Positions 42,001 to 53,614 of a stretch of DNA of 64,000 bases are shown one piece after another. The position numbers and the translations under genes are program-made. Position 1 is the first letter of the stretch, and each line of letters opens with the position of its first letter. The DNA is from Eledone cirrhosa. Taxonomy: Eukaryota. Below the pieces are notes generated by a model, which was given only the letters and a program-made list of their open reading frames with translations, did not search any database and had not been told where the DNA came from. Location: the NCBI GenBank assembly GCA_964016885.1, contig OZ024742.1:373736001-373800000 (forward strand). The letters are read 5' to 3'.

Positions 42001-45000
42001 GATTGGATAACCTAAGACTGTCATCAGGAGTAGGGAGAGTGGAGCTCATTGATTCCACTAAAGAGCTCTGTCTACCTTGTGGCCAGTTTGGATAACCTAC
42101 GACTGACATCAGTAGTAGGGAGAGTGGAGCTCATTGATTCCACTAAAGAGCTCTGTCTACCTTGTGGCCAGTTTGGATAACCTACGACTGACATCAGTAG
42201 TAGGGAGAGTGGAGCTCATTGATTCCACTGAAGAGCTCTCTCTACCTTATGGCCAGATTGGATAACCTAAGACTGACATCAGTAGTAGGGAGAGTGGAGC
42301 TCATTGATTCCACTGAAGAGCTCTCTCTACCTTATGGCCAGATTGGATAACCTAAGACTGACATCAGTAGTAGGGAGAGTGGAGCTCATTAATTCCACTG
42401 AAGAGCTCTGTCTACCTTATGGCCAGATTGGATAACCTAAGACTGACATCAGTAGTAGGGAGAGTGGAGTTCATTAATTCCACTGAAGAGCTCTGTCTAC
42501 CTTATGCTCAGATTGGATAACCTAAGAGTGACATCAGTAGTAGAGAGAGTGGAGCTCATTGATTCCACTGAAGAGCTCTGTCTACCTTATGGCCAGTTTG
42601 GATAACCTAAGACTGTCATCAGTAGTAGGGAGAGTGGAACTCATTGATTCCACTGAAGAGCTCTGTCTACCTTATGCTCAGATTGGATAACCTAAGAGTG
42701 ACATCAGTAGTAGAGAGAGTGGAGCTCATTGATTCCACTGAAGAGCTCTGTCTACCTTATGGCCAGTTTGGATAACCTAAGACTGACATTAGTAGTAGGG
42801 AGAGTGGAGCTCATTGATTCCACTGAAGAGCTCTGTCTACCTTATGGCCAGATTGGATAACCTAAGACTGACATCAGTAGTAGGGAGAGTGGAGCTTATT
42901 GATTCCACTGAAGAGCTCTGTCTACCTTATGGCCAGTTTGGATAACCTAAGACTGACATTAGTAGTAGGGAGAGTGGAGCTTATTGATTCCACTGAAGAG
43001 CTCTGTCTACCTTATGGTCAGTTTGGATAACCTAAGACTGACATCAGTAGTAGGGAGAGTGGAGCTCATTGATTCCACTGAAGAGCTCTGTCTACCTTAT
43101 GGCCAGATTGGATAACCTAAGACTGACATCAGTAGTAAGGAGAGTGGAGCTCATTGATTCCACTGAAGAGCTCTCTCTACCTTATGGCCAGATTGGATAA
43201 CCTAAGACTGACATCAGTAGAAGGGAGAGTGGAGCTCATTCATTCCACTGAAGAGCTCTGTCTACCTTATGGCCAGATTGGATAACCTAAGACTGACATC
43301 AGTAGTAGGGAGAGTGGAGCTCATTGATTCCACTGAATAGCTCTCTCTACCTTATGGCCAGATTGGATAACCTAAGACTGACATCAGTAGAAGGGAGAGT
43401 GGAGCTCATTCATTCCACTGAAGAGCTCTGTCTACCTTATGGCCAGATTGGATAACCTAAGACTGACATCAGTAGTAGGGAGAGTGGAGCTCATTGATTC
43501 CACTGAAGAGCTCTCTCTACCTTATGGCCAGATTGGATAACCTAAGACTGACATCAGTAGAAGGGAGAGTGGAGCTCATTCATTCCACTGAAGAGCTCTG
43601 TCTACCTTATGGCCAGATTGGATAACCTAAGACTGACATCAGTAGTAGGGAGAGTGGAGCTCATTGATTCCACTGAAGAGCTCTCTCTACCTTATGGCCA
43701 GATTGGATAACCTAAGACTGACATCAGTAGAAGGGAGAGTGGAGCTCATTCATTCCACTGAAGAGCTCTGTCTACCTTATGGCCAGATTGGATAACCTAA
43801 GACTGACATCAGTAGTAGGGAGAGTGGAGCTCATTGATTCCACTGAAGAGCTCTGTCTATCTTATGGCCAGATTGGATAACCTAAGACTGACATTAGTAG
43901 TAGGGAGAGTGGAGCTCATTGACTCCACTGAAGAGCTCTCTCTACCTTATGGCCAGATTGGTTAACCTAAGACTGACATCAGTAGTAGGGAGAGTGGAAC
44001 TCATTGATTCCACTGAAGAGCTCCGTCTACTTGATGGCCAAATTGGATAACCTAAGACTGACATCAGTAGTATGGATAGTGGAGCTCATTGATTCCACTG
44101 AAGAGCTCTGTCTAACTGATGGCCATATTGGATAACCTAAGACTGTCATCAGTAGTAGGGAGAGTGGAGCTCATTGATTCCACTGAAGAGCTCTATCTAC
44201 CTTATGGCCAGATTGGATAACCTAAGACTTACATCAGTAGTAGGGAGAGTGGAGCTCATTGATTCCACTGAAGAGCTCTGTCTACCTTATGGCCAGATTG
44301 GATAACCTAAGACTGACATCAGTAGTAGGGAGAGTGGAGCTCATTGATTCCACTAAAGAGCTCTGTCTACCTTGTGGCCAGTTTGGATAACCTACGACTG
44401 ACATCAGTAGTAGGTAGAGTGGAGCTCATTGATTCCACTAAAGAGCTCTGTCTACCTTGTGGCCAGTTTGGATAACCTACGACTGACATCAGTAGTAGGG
44501 AGAGTGGAGCTCATTGATTCCACTGAAGAGCTCTCTCTACCTTATGGCCAGTTTGGATAACCTAAGACTGACATCAGTAGTAGGGAGAGTGGAGCTCATT
44601 AATTCCACTGAAGAGCTCTGTCTACCTTATGGTCAGATTGGATAACCTAAGACTGACATCAGTAGTAGGGAGAGTGGAGTTCATTAATTCCACTGAAGAG
44701 CTCTCTCTACCTTATGGCCAGTTTGGATAACCTAAGACTGACATCAGTAGTAGGGAGAGTGGAGCTCATTGATTCCACTAAAGAGCTCTGTCTACCTTGT
44801 GGCCAGATTGGATAACCTAAGACTGACATCAGTAGTAGGGAGAGTGGAGCTCATTGATTCCACTGAAGAGCTCTCTCTACCTTATGGCCAGATTGGATAA
44901 CCTAAGACTTACATCAGTAGTAGGGAGAGTGGCACTCATTGATTCCACTGAAGAGCTCTGTCTACCTTATGGCCAGATTGGATAACCTAAGACTGACACC

Positions 45001-46267
45001 AGTAGTAAGGAGAGTGGAGCTCATTGATTCCACTGAAGAGCTCTCTCTGCCTTATGGCCAGATTGGATAACCTAAGACTGACATCATTAGTAGGGAGAGT
45101 GGAGCTCATTGATTCCACTGAAGAGCTCTGTCTACCTTATGGCCAGATTGGATAACCTAAGACTGTCATCAGTAGTAGGGAGAGTGGAGCTCATTGATTC
45201 CACTGAAGAGCTCTGTCTACCTTATGGTCAGATTGGATAATCTAAGACTTACATCAGTAGTAGGGAGAGTGGAGCTCATTGATTCCACTGAAGAGCTCTG
45301 TCTACCTTATGACCAGATTGGATAACCTAAGACTGACATTAGTAGTAGGGAGAGTGGAACTCATTGATTCCACTGAAGAGCTCTGTCTACCTTATGGCCA
45401 GTTTGGATAACCTAAGACTGACATTAGTAGTAGGGAGAGTGGAGTTCATTAATTCCACTGAAGAGCTCTCTCTACCTTATGGCCAGATTGGATAACCTAA
45501 GACTGACATCAGTAGTAGGGAGAGTGGAGCTCATTGATTCCACTAAAGAGCTCTGTCTACCTTGTGGCCAGTTTCGATAACCTACGACTGACATCAGTAG
45601 TAGGGAGAGTGGAGCTCATTGATTCCACTGAAGAGCTCTCTCTACCTTATGGCCAGTTTGGATAACCTAAGACTGACATCAGTAGTAGGGAGAGTGGAGC
45701 TCATTAATTCCACTGAAGAGCTCTGTCTATCTTATGGCCAGATTGGATAACCTAAGACTGTCATCAGTAGTAGGGAGAGTGGAGCTGATTGATTCCACTG
45801 AAGAGCTCTATCTACCTTATGGCCAGATTGGATAACCTAAGATTGACATCAGTATTAGGGAGAGTGGAGCTGATTGATTCCACTGAAGAGCTCTGTCTAC
45901 CTCATGGCCAGATTGGATAACCTAAGACTGACATCAGTAGTAGGGAGAGTGGAGCTCATTGATTCCACTGAAGAGCTCTGTCTACCTTATGGTCAGATTG
46001 GATAACCTAAGAGTGACATCAGTAGTAGGGAGAGTGGAGCTCATTGATTCCACTAAAGAGCTCTGTCTACCTTATGGCCAGATTGGATAACCTAAGACTT
46101 ACATCTGTAGTAGGGACAGTGGAACTCATTGATTCCACTGAAGAGCTCTGTCTACCTTATGTCCAGATTGGATAACCTAAGACTTATATCAGTAGTAGGG
46201 AGAGTGGAGCTCATTGATTCCACTGAAGAGCTCTGTCTACCTTATGGCCAGATTGGATAACCTAAGA
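1..46267. repeat. 85-bp tandem satellite array, ~544 monomers, continues beyond the left edge
   Basis: Consensus TTATGGCCAGATTGGATAACCTAAGACTGACATCAGTAGTAGGGAGAGTGGAGCTCATTGATTCCACTGAAGAGCTCTGTCTACC (85 nt) repeated head-to-tail with a few substitutions per copy and very rare indels; ends abruptly at ...GATAACCTAAGA (46267). Confidence 0.99.
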
Positions 46268-46420
46268 TAGACAGCAAGTATGATGCGATGGGTAGGTGGT
46301 AATAGGTTGAGGCTAGACAGTGTAATGTCTTGGGGGATGGGGTGATAAGTATAAAGTGATGGGTGATGGGGACAGGTATAGTGGAGTTCAAGGGGAGTAA
46401 AACAATATCTTATATTGACA

Positions 46421-46590
46421 CATTATCATCACCATCTAACCTCCATTTTCTATGGTAGCATGGGTTAGACAAGTTGTCCTGTTGTGAGACAAGCCAGATC
46501 AGATGACCATGTCTTGCTCATACAGAACTGTTTGGGGCTCGGTTTCTACAGCTGGATGCCCTTCCTAACACCAACCCCACTTACAGTGTG
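46421..46590 (-). mobile_element. SINE/retroposon 3' part, family A, with (TGA)n tail and AGGAAGGGCATCCAGC motif
   Basis: (CAT)n-like tail followed by ...TAGCATGGGTTAGAC...GAGACAAGCCAGATCAGATG...TTTCTACAGCTGGATGCCCTTCCTAACACCAACC; homologous copies at 51427, 60871, 61861 and, in the opposite orientation, 56745 and 59867. Confidence 0.75.
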
Positions 46591-47256
46591 TGTGTTTTGT
46601 CACCTACACGATCACTTTACAGTGTGTACTGGGTCCTTTTTGTCATGACACCTACACGACCACTTTACAGTGTGCACTGGGTGCTTTTTGTCATGACACC
46701 TACATGACCACTTTACAGTGAGGACTGGGTGCTTTTTGTCATGACACCTACACGACCTCTTTACAGTGAGGACTGGGTGCTTTTTGTCATGACACCTAGA
46801 TGACCACTTTACAGTGTGAGCTGGGTGCTTTTTGTCATGACACCTACATGACCACTTTACAGTGTGAGCTGGGTGCTTTTTGTCATGACACCTACATGAC
46901 CACTTTACAGTGTGAGCTGGGTGCTTTTTGTCATGACACCTACACGACCACTTTACAGTGAGGACTGGCTGCTTTTTGTCATGACACCTACATGACCACT
47001 TTACAGTGAGGACTGGGTGCTTTTTGTCTTGACACTTACACGACCACTTTACAGTGTGTACTGGGTGCTTTTTGTCATGACACCTACACAACCACTTTAC
47101 AGTGAAGACTGGGTGCTTTTTGTCATGACACCTACACGACCACTTCACAGTGAGGACTGGCTGCTTTTTGTCATGACACCTACACGACCACTTTACAGTG
47201 AGGACTGGCTGCTTTTTGTCATGACACCTACACGACCACTTTACAGTGAGGACTGG
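46580..47256. repeat. 48-bp minisatellite (~14 copies) amplified from an internal segment of SINE family A
   Basis: Unit CTTTACAGTGAGGACTGGGTGCTTTTTGTCATGACACCTACACGACCA; explains the 16-aa periodic ORFs 46612-47148 and 47017-47286. Confidence 0.95.
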
Positions 47257-47584
47257 GGGTTTATGGGAAGGGTGTGTGGGGGTTAGGGAGGTGGGTATAT
47301 GGGCGTGTGTGAGAGGTGGAGTGTTAGGATGTAGGAGGGGTGTGGTAGGGGGGATGAAGGTAGTGTATACTAGATGTATGCTTCAGCCTGTACTCATGGG
47401 AAGGCGGGTCATCTGTATTCCTGCATAGTGCCAGAGATCCTGATCTTGTATCTTTAAGAGGTGCAGTTGTGCAAGGTCATCTTTTACTGCATGGCCCTAC
47501 ATATTTCTTTGTGTTGTGTACTGTAGCTGACTTACTTAATAATTGCATAATGATGATAGTAAAACAATTCTTTCTTATTTACAG

Positions 47585-47656
47585 GCAAAGGAAGACTGTC
47601 TGAATATCTTAAACTTTCTAAAACTGAAGCAGAGGAAATTATTTCAAACTTTTTAA
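47585..47656 (+). CDS. POLN: DNA polymerase nu-like, internal exon (72 bp, phase 1/1): (G)KGRLSEYLKLSKTEAEEIISNFL(K)
   Basis: Acceptor tttcttatttacag, donor gtaatt; open frame; resembles the family-A segment right after motif B (YG-x-GKxRL...EA...I..FL); splices in frame to 50661. Confidence 0.88.
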   Translation, partial: AKEDCLNILNFLKLKQRKLFQTF

Positions 47657-47910
47657 GTAATTATTTCTTGTTAATTTACAATATCAATTATTTGTCCTTC
47701 ATTTTCTCATTTTGATTAACATCAGACAATATTTTAACCTTTTTATTGCCATATTTTTAATAAATGACACTTCCTATCATTTTCAAATAATTGATTTTTG
47801 AAAATAATCAAGAATTTGGAGAGATTTAGTAATGTAACTAATTTGAAGAGATTTAGTAATGTAACTAACTTTCTCATTATTAAACTAGTGTTAGGGTGTT
47901 GGATTGGCAT

Positions 47911-48118
47911 GGATTGGCAGTAATTGGTAGAGCGTCGGACACCATGGTTTGTGGTATAGGGTTATGTCCCTTTATGAGTTCAAATATCACCTTGGTTAGC
48001 TTTGCCTTTCATCCTTACGGGGCCGATAAAATAAAGTACCAGTAACGTACTTGGGTCAATTTAATTGATATCCCTACCCTGAAATTATTGGCTTTGTGGC
48101 TAAATGAGAAACCATTAT
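47911..48118 (+). mobile_element. tRNA-derived SINE, family B (Nin/Deu-domain-like body)
   Basis: A-box-like TGGCAGTAATTGG, B-box-like GAGTTCAAAT, body GCCTTTCATCCTTACGGGGCCGATAAAATAAAGTACCAG; five copies in the window. Confidence 0.8.
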
Positions 48119-48130
48119 TAACCTGGTGTC

Positions 48131-48295
48131 GATTGGCAGTATCTGTAGAGGGTCAGACAAAATGTTTTGTCATATTTAGTTAAGACTTTCTGTATCTGGA
48201 GTTGATAAATTACCTGTTATGTACTGGGGTTGATATAATCAACTTTTTTCCCCTTCCATCAAATTGCTGGCCTTCTGCCACTGTTAGAAAGAATT
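48131..48295 (+). mobile_element. SINE family B, second tandem and internally deleted copy
   Basis: GATTGGCAGTATCTGTAGAGGGTCAGAC head, GATAAAT-TACC...GTACTGGGGTTGAT body, TTGCTGGCCTT...AGAAA tail. Confidence 0.65.
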
Positions 48296-48420
48296 ACTTG
48301 GCTGGTGTTTGGAACATAACTTAACAAAGATGCTTTCATAAAATTGTAATAGAAAGTTTTTAATTAAATAGAATTCTCTTTTTTAATTTTTGAAATAAGT
48401 ACGTTCTTTTTTTTTTTAAA

Positions 48421-49316
48421 CATATAATAAACACAATTAACTGTTGCTAGGAACCTCACAAATATAACATATAATAAACACAATTAACTGTTGCTAGGAA
48501 CCTCACAAATATAAACATATAATAAACACAATTAACTGTTGCTAGGAACCTCACAAATATAACATATAATAAACACAATTAACTGTTGCTAGGAACCTCA
48601 CAAATATAACATATAATAAACACAATTAACTGTTGCTAGGAACCTCACAAATATAACATATAATAAACACAATTAACTGTTGCTAGGAACCTCACAAATA
48701 TAACATATAATAAACACAATTAACTGTTGCTAGGAACCTCACAAATATAACATATAATAAACACAATTAACTGTTGCTAGGAACCTCACAAATATAACAT
48801 ATAATAAACACAATTAACTGTTGCTAGGAACCTCACAAATATAAACATATAATAAACACAATTAACTGTTGCTAGGAACCTCACAAATATAACATATAAT
48901 AAACACAATTAACTGTTGCTAGGAACCTCACAAATATAACATATAATAAACACAATTAACTGTTGCTAGGAACCTCACAAATATTACATATAATAAACAC
49001 AATTAACTGTTGCTAGGAACCTCACAAATATTACATATAATAAACACAATTAACTGTTGCTAGGAACCTCACAAATATTACATATAATAAACACAATTAA
49101 CTGTTGCTAGGAACCTCACAAATATTACATATAATAAACACAATTAACTGTTGCTAGGAACCTCACAAATATAACATATAATAAACACAATTAACTGTTG
49201 CTAGGAACCTCACAAATATTACATATAATAAACACAATTAACTGTTGCTAGGAACCTCACAAATATTACATATAATAAACACAATTAACTGTTGCTAGGA
49301 ACCTCACAAATATTAC
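48421..49316. repeat. 47-bp AT-rich minisatellite (~19 near-identical copies)
   Basis: Unit CATATAATAAACACAATTAACTGTTGCTAGGAACCTCACAAATATAA with only TATAA/TATTA/TATAAA variation. Confidence 0.97.
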
Positions 49317-49600
49317 ACACCAAAATATATGACCAAAGCGAGAGAAAGAAAAAGGGGAAAGCAAAAACTAAAATGCCCATCAATTCACCTAGTGTGACAA
49401 TTGGTCACACAACACAAGGGTCAATGGAATATTTTGAGGCAAGCCAACTTACTGGCAGCATTACTACAATTGTGTGTGTTAAATGATGGAAACTATATTT
49501 TTTAAATCAATAATTTTGAATAGATTAACTCAAAATTGAGTATGAAAAGAAATAATTAAGGTTGATCTATCATATTGAATTGATGAAAATTGGATTCTAT

Positions 49601-49855
49601 GCTTTACAGAGTGTACTGGGTGTATTTTATTGACACCACCACTAATACTTTACAGAGTGCACTGGGTGTATTTTATCATAGCACCAACACTACTATTTTA
49701 CATAGTGTACTGGGTGTATTTTTTATGACACTACTACCACTTTACAGAGTGTACTAGGTGTATTTTATTATGACATGACTACTACCACTTTACTGGGTGT
49801 GTTTTATTATGACACCACCACTACCATTTTACAGAGTGTACTGGGTGTATTGTTT
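49601..49855. repeat. Degenerate ~46-48-bp tandem repeat (~6 copies) of the SINE family A segment
   Basis: Recurrent CTTTACAGAGTGTACTGGGTGTATTTT...TGACACCACCACTAC. Confidence 0.8.
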
Positions 49856-49930
49856 TGTGGTTCAAGAACTAGAGAGGTCATGTGCTCATCAAGTCAGAAG
49901 GATCCTCTCAAAACCTATATTATCTTTGTT

Positions 49931-50515
49931 TAATAATAATAAAATGATTGTGTACAGTGCTCAGGTGCACTACAACTCATCAAAGGTGCATGTATAGTAC
50001 ATAGAATAATATACAAATGTCAGGGAAGTGAATGGTGTATGAGTCATGATATACATGTGTGCGTGTGTATGGAGGGGGAACATTAGATGTTGTGTTGGCG
50101 AATCTCGGGAAACATGGAGGTTTTAAAGGATGCAGTGTCTCAACATCTAACAACTGATGCAGGTAGTTTGTTCCATGCTTCAGCAATTCTGAGCGTGAAA
50201 AAATGTTTCCGAAAGTCGTGGGAGCTGTTTTCTGACTTTGTAGGCATGCCCTTGTGTGTTAAACACATGGAAATCAAAAAGGTACTCAGGGTTGTTGTTG
50301 GCAAGATGGTTAATAATATTGTGGGTGTTTACCAAGTTAGTTGCCAGGCGTCGGAGCTTCAATGTATCCATGCCCAGGGAAGCAAGGTGTTCAGAGTATG
50401 GTAGATGCCTGATGGAGGGTATTTGCTTGGTTGCATGTCTCTGAACAGTTTCCAGAAGATCAATATTCTGAGCAAGATATGGGTTCCAGACTGGTGATGC
50501 AAATTCTAAGTGTGA
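49931..50515 (-). mobile_element. 5'-truncated CR1-clade LINE (ORF2 C-terminus, 3' UTR, (ATT)n tail)
   Basis: Minus strand reads LEFASPVWNPYLAQNIDLLETVQRHATKQIPSIRHLPYSEHLASLGMDTLKLRRL...TQGHAYKVRK, the typical CR1 ORF2 tail (LEY..PVW.P, LE.VQRRATK, TRGH); frameshifted. Confidence 0.85.
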
Positions 50516-50660
50516 TCATCAACACTTTATTCTACAGTCTCTTACTACATTAACATTGTGTGTCACAGTGTTTTTACAGGTGAGCAGGTATTAAAATAAG
50601 TATGACACTAGTAATTACTTTCATATTTACTAATCTTAAACATAACATATTATATTACAG

Positions 50661-50720
50661 AAAAATTCTCGGCAGTAAACAAATTTTCTGTGGAAACAAT
50701 AAAATTTTGTCGGCAACATG
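50661..50720 (+). CDS. POLN: DNA polymerase nu-like, internal exon (60 bp, phase 1/1): (K)KFSAVNKFSVETIKFCRQH(G)
   Basis: Acceptor tatattacag, strong donor ATG/gtaagt; fills the family-A stretch KY/F..V..F....I..C...G; in frame with both neighbours. Confidence 0.9.
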
Positions 50721-51289
50721 GTAAGTTGTAATTACATCTCTAATTGATCAATATATATTGTGGAATGGAGTTGATCCTGACAGGACCCGCTGGAAGGAGT
50801 GTTTGAGGACTCTGCCCCTACAACCCTCTCCAACATCCCTTCCAACCTCTGCTCCCTGCCACCACTCTCATGAGAATCCCTTCCAACCTCTCCTCCACTC
50901 CACCACACTCACCAAAATCCCTTCCAACTTCTCCTCCCCGCCACCACTCTCATGAGAATCCCTTCCCACCTCCCCTCACCACCACTCATATATACACAAT
51001 CTACAGTCTTCCCCATTCAACTATATTCACTAGCTACTAGTTGTGTTTTTCATGTCACCAGTTTACTCTCAGCTCAAAAATTACTCACATCAACATTTTT
51101 TAATTTTGCAGTTTATTTAATTTAATTCAACAATATATATTCTCTACAGGACAGACACAGACATTGTGTTTATATATATATTATATATAGAGAGGGGGGG
51201 GGAGTTTATGACTGAATAATGTACTATTGATAACTATTAAAACTCTAAATAACTGCCAATCAAAATATATTGTTACTATACTGACATAA

Positions 51290-51421
51290 AATAATAATAA
51301 TGAAAATGATTGTTTACAGTGCTCAGGTGCACTACAACTCATCAAAGGTGCATGTATAGTACATAGAATAATGTACAAATGTCAGGAAAGTGAACAGTGT
51401 ATGAGTCACAGACACACACAC
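51290..51421 (-). mobile_element. CR1 3'-UTR fragment
   Basis: Near-identical to 49931-50050 (ACAGTGCTCAGGTGCACTACAACTCATCAAAGGTGCATGTATAGTACATAGAATAAT). Confidence 0.85.
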
Positions 51422-51426
51422 TAAGG

Positions 51427-51722
51427 CATCATCATCACTTCCATTTTTCTACGCTAACATAGGTTAGATGAGTTGTCCCACTGTGAGACAAACCAGATCA
51501 GATGGTTGTGTCTTACTCATACAGAACTGTTTCTGGCTAGGTTTCTCCAGCTGGATGCCCTCCCTAATGCCAACCACATTTACAGTGTGGGCTGGGTGCT
51601 TTTTGTTGTGACAGCTACATGACCACTTTACAGTGTGGACTGGCTGTTTTTTGTTATGATACCTACACAACTATTTTACAGTGTGGACTGGGTGCTTTTT
51701 GTCATGTCACCAACACAACCAT
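51427..51722 (-). mobile_element. SINE family A copy with three internal 48-bp repeats
   Basis: Aligns with 46421-46700, including the (CAT)n tail and CTGGATGCCCTCCCTAATGCCAACC. Confidence 0.8.
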
Positions 51723-52983
51723 TTCACATCTCCATGTAAATATGTGTTTCTGTATTTAAAACTAAACACTTTGCTTTATGGATCCTTATATCCTCCTAAA
51801 AATACACAAATATTTGTATAAATACATTAAACATTGAAGTATATTTAAATATCACCTAACAATCACCTTTAGAAAATGTTTTGAATTTTCTCATTTCTCT
51901 AAATACATTCTAAGAGCTATTATTTTAATGGTACAAGAAATCCCCCCCTTCCCCAAAAATTGATGAGAATAATTGCTATCAACTAGAAGATCCAATATGT
52001 TATTCCTATGGTTTGACAACAGGCATTTTGCTATTGCATGAAATATATTTTGTAAAGCAACATTTTCTTACTTGCTACTGTCATATTTTTATGCCAATGT
52101 TCGACATCATACATATACAGATTGTTAGATAACAGAAGATATGGATATATTTTTATAAATATTTATATATAGCTATACATATATGTGTATATATAAAGAT
52201 ATTTTATAATTATAAATTATATATAGCTGTAGTAATAGCCTCTTAGTTTAAATCCCTCTTTCTCTTTCTTTCTACTATATTCTCTACAATTTGCCAATTA
52301 TCAAGTACAAAATCTTGCCATACAAAATATATTTTATGCAACAGAAAAATGGCCATTGTCAAAGGATAGAAATAGCATATTGTATCTTTTAGCTGGTAAC
52401 AATTCTTCTTATCAATTTGAAACAAAATAAAATTCCCTTATGTAGTCTATCTATCTGGTTCCCTCGTGCAGTCTGAAAAAAATGAATTTCCATTGTATGC
52501 AACTATTTTATCAAATTTTTTTTTTTTTTTTTTCATTTAACTTTTGTAATTTCTTTCTCCTCATAAATATTTGTTCTTTATTATATATTAAATCATCATC
52601 ATCATTGTTTAACGTCTATTTTTCCTTCTAGCTATTTAAATCATTTCTGTTATAAGAAACCACTGCTTTATTCCATCATATGTGTTTTATTTTGTGATAT
52701 TTCTGTCAATAGCCAACAATATTGTTGCTGTTTGACTCTATACTTGCGCTCAGAGAACAGACTTTGGGTTAAAAGTATTCTACCCAGCACCATTCTACCT
52801 TTCTTTCACATGTCGTATATAGAGGGCTACATTGTCCAATGCACCTCTCATTTTTAAAGACAGTAGGGTGTAATTTAACCATTTCATTACAATATTTCTC
52901 ACAAAAGACACTACCTGATATTAAATAATTTTGAAAGTAATCAAGTATTTGGAAGGATTTTCATGATTAAACTGATGGGCAGT

Positions 52984-53200
52984 GGATTAGCAGTATTGGT
53001 AGGGCACCGGACACCATGCTTTGCAGATTACAGTTGCATCCCCTTTTTGTTCTGAGTTAAAATCCCGCCGAGGTCAACTTTGTCTTTCATCCTTACAGGA
53101 TCAATATAATAAAGTACCAGTAATGCACTGGGGTTGATTTAATCGACTTTCCTCTCCCCAAAAATTATTGGCCATGTGTCTAAATCAGAAACCAATATTA
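52984..53200 (+). mobile_element. SINE family B
   Basis: GGATTAGCAGTATTGGTAGGGCACCGGAC head, CTGAGTTAAAATCCCGCCGAGGTCAACTTTG..TTTCATCCTTAC body; flanked by ATTAAACTGA on both sides (possible TSD). Confidence 0.8.
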
Positions 53201-53415
53201 AACTGAATGCTTGGAACCTAATTTAATGAAGATTCTTACATAAAATTATAAGTTTTTGTAGATAAATATAAACACTTTAATATTAATAACTTTGTAAATT
53301 AAATTAGAAGCTTTTGCCAATTTTTTTTACTACTGAAAGAGAGAGAATGATGGACAAGATCTGACTCATTCGCTTACCAAATGGGGTGGAACTCATCAAA
53401 TCAGACCAAGGAAAT

Positions 53416-53604
53416 AATTGTTTCTACTTTAGGCACAAGGCCAGCAATTATCCAGTACATTACTGGTACTTTATTTTATCGACCCCGTAAAGATGAAAGG
53501 CAAAGTTAACCTCGGCGGGATTTGAACTCAGAATGTAAAGGGACGTAACTATGCTAGAAAGCATGGCGTCCAACCCTCTACCAGTACTGCCAATTCACCG
53601 CCCT
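53416..53604 (-). mobile_element. SINE family B, apparently full length, with 10-bp target-site duplication
   Basis: Reverse complement of 60230-60411; intact B box GAGTTCAAATCC; AGGAAATAAT at 53409-53418 and 53605-53614. Confidence 0.88.
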
Positions 53605-53614
53605 AGGAAATAAT

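Noticed and set aside
1-46267. CRISPR array interpretation of the long regular repeat
   Set aside because: No unique spacers; whole 85-bp units repeat; context is a spliced eukaryotic gene with no cas genes.
1-46267. Tandem tRNA, 5S, snRNA or C/D snoRNA gene cluster
   Set aside because: No B box (GTTCRA), no acceptor-stem cloverleaf, no Sm site and no RTGATGA box C on either strand.
46612-47286. Cys/His-rich periodic ORFs suggesting a metal-binding protein
   Set aside because: Translations of the 48-bp SINE-derived minisatellite.
47257-47360. G-quadruplex-capable G-rich tracts (also 46290-46400, and C-rich 50800-50990 and 56040-56160)
   Set aside because: Low-complexity or LINE-UTR sequence; nothing indicates function.
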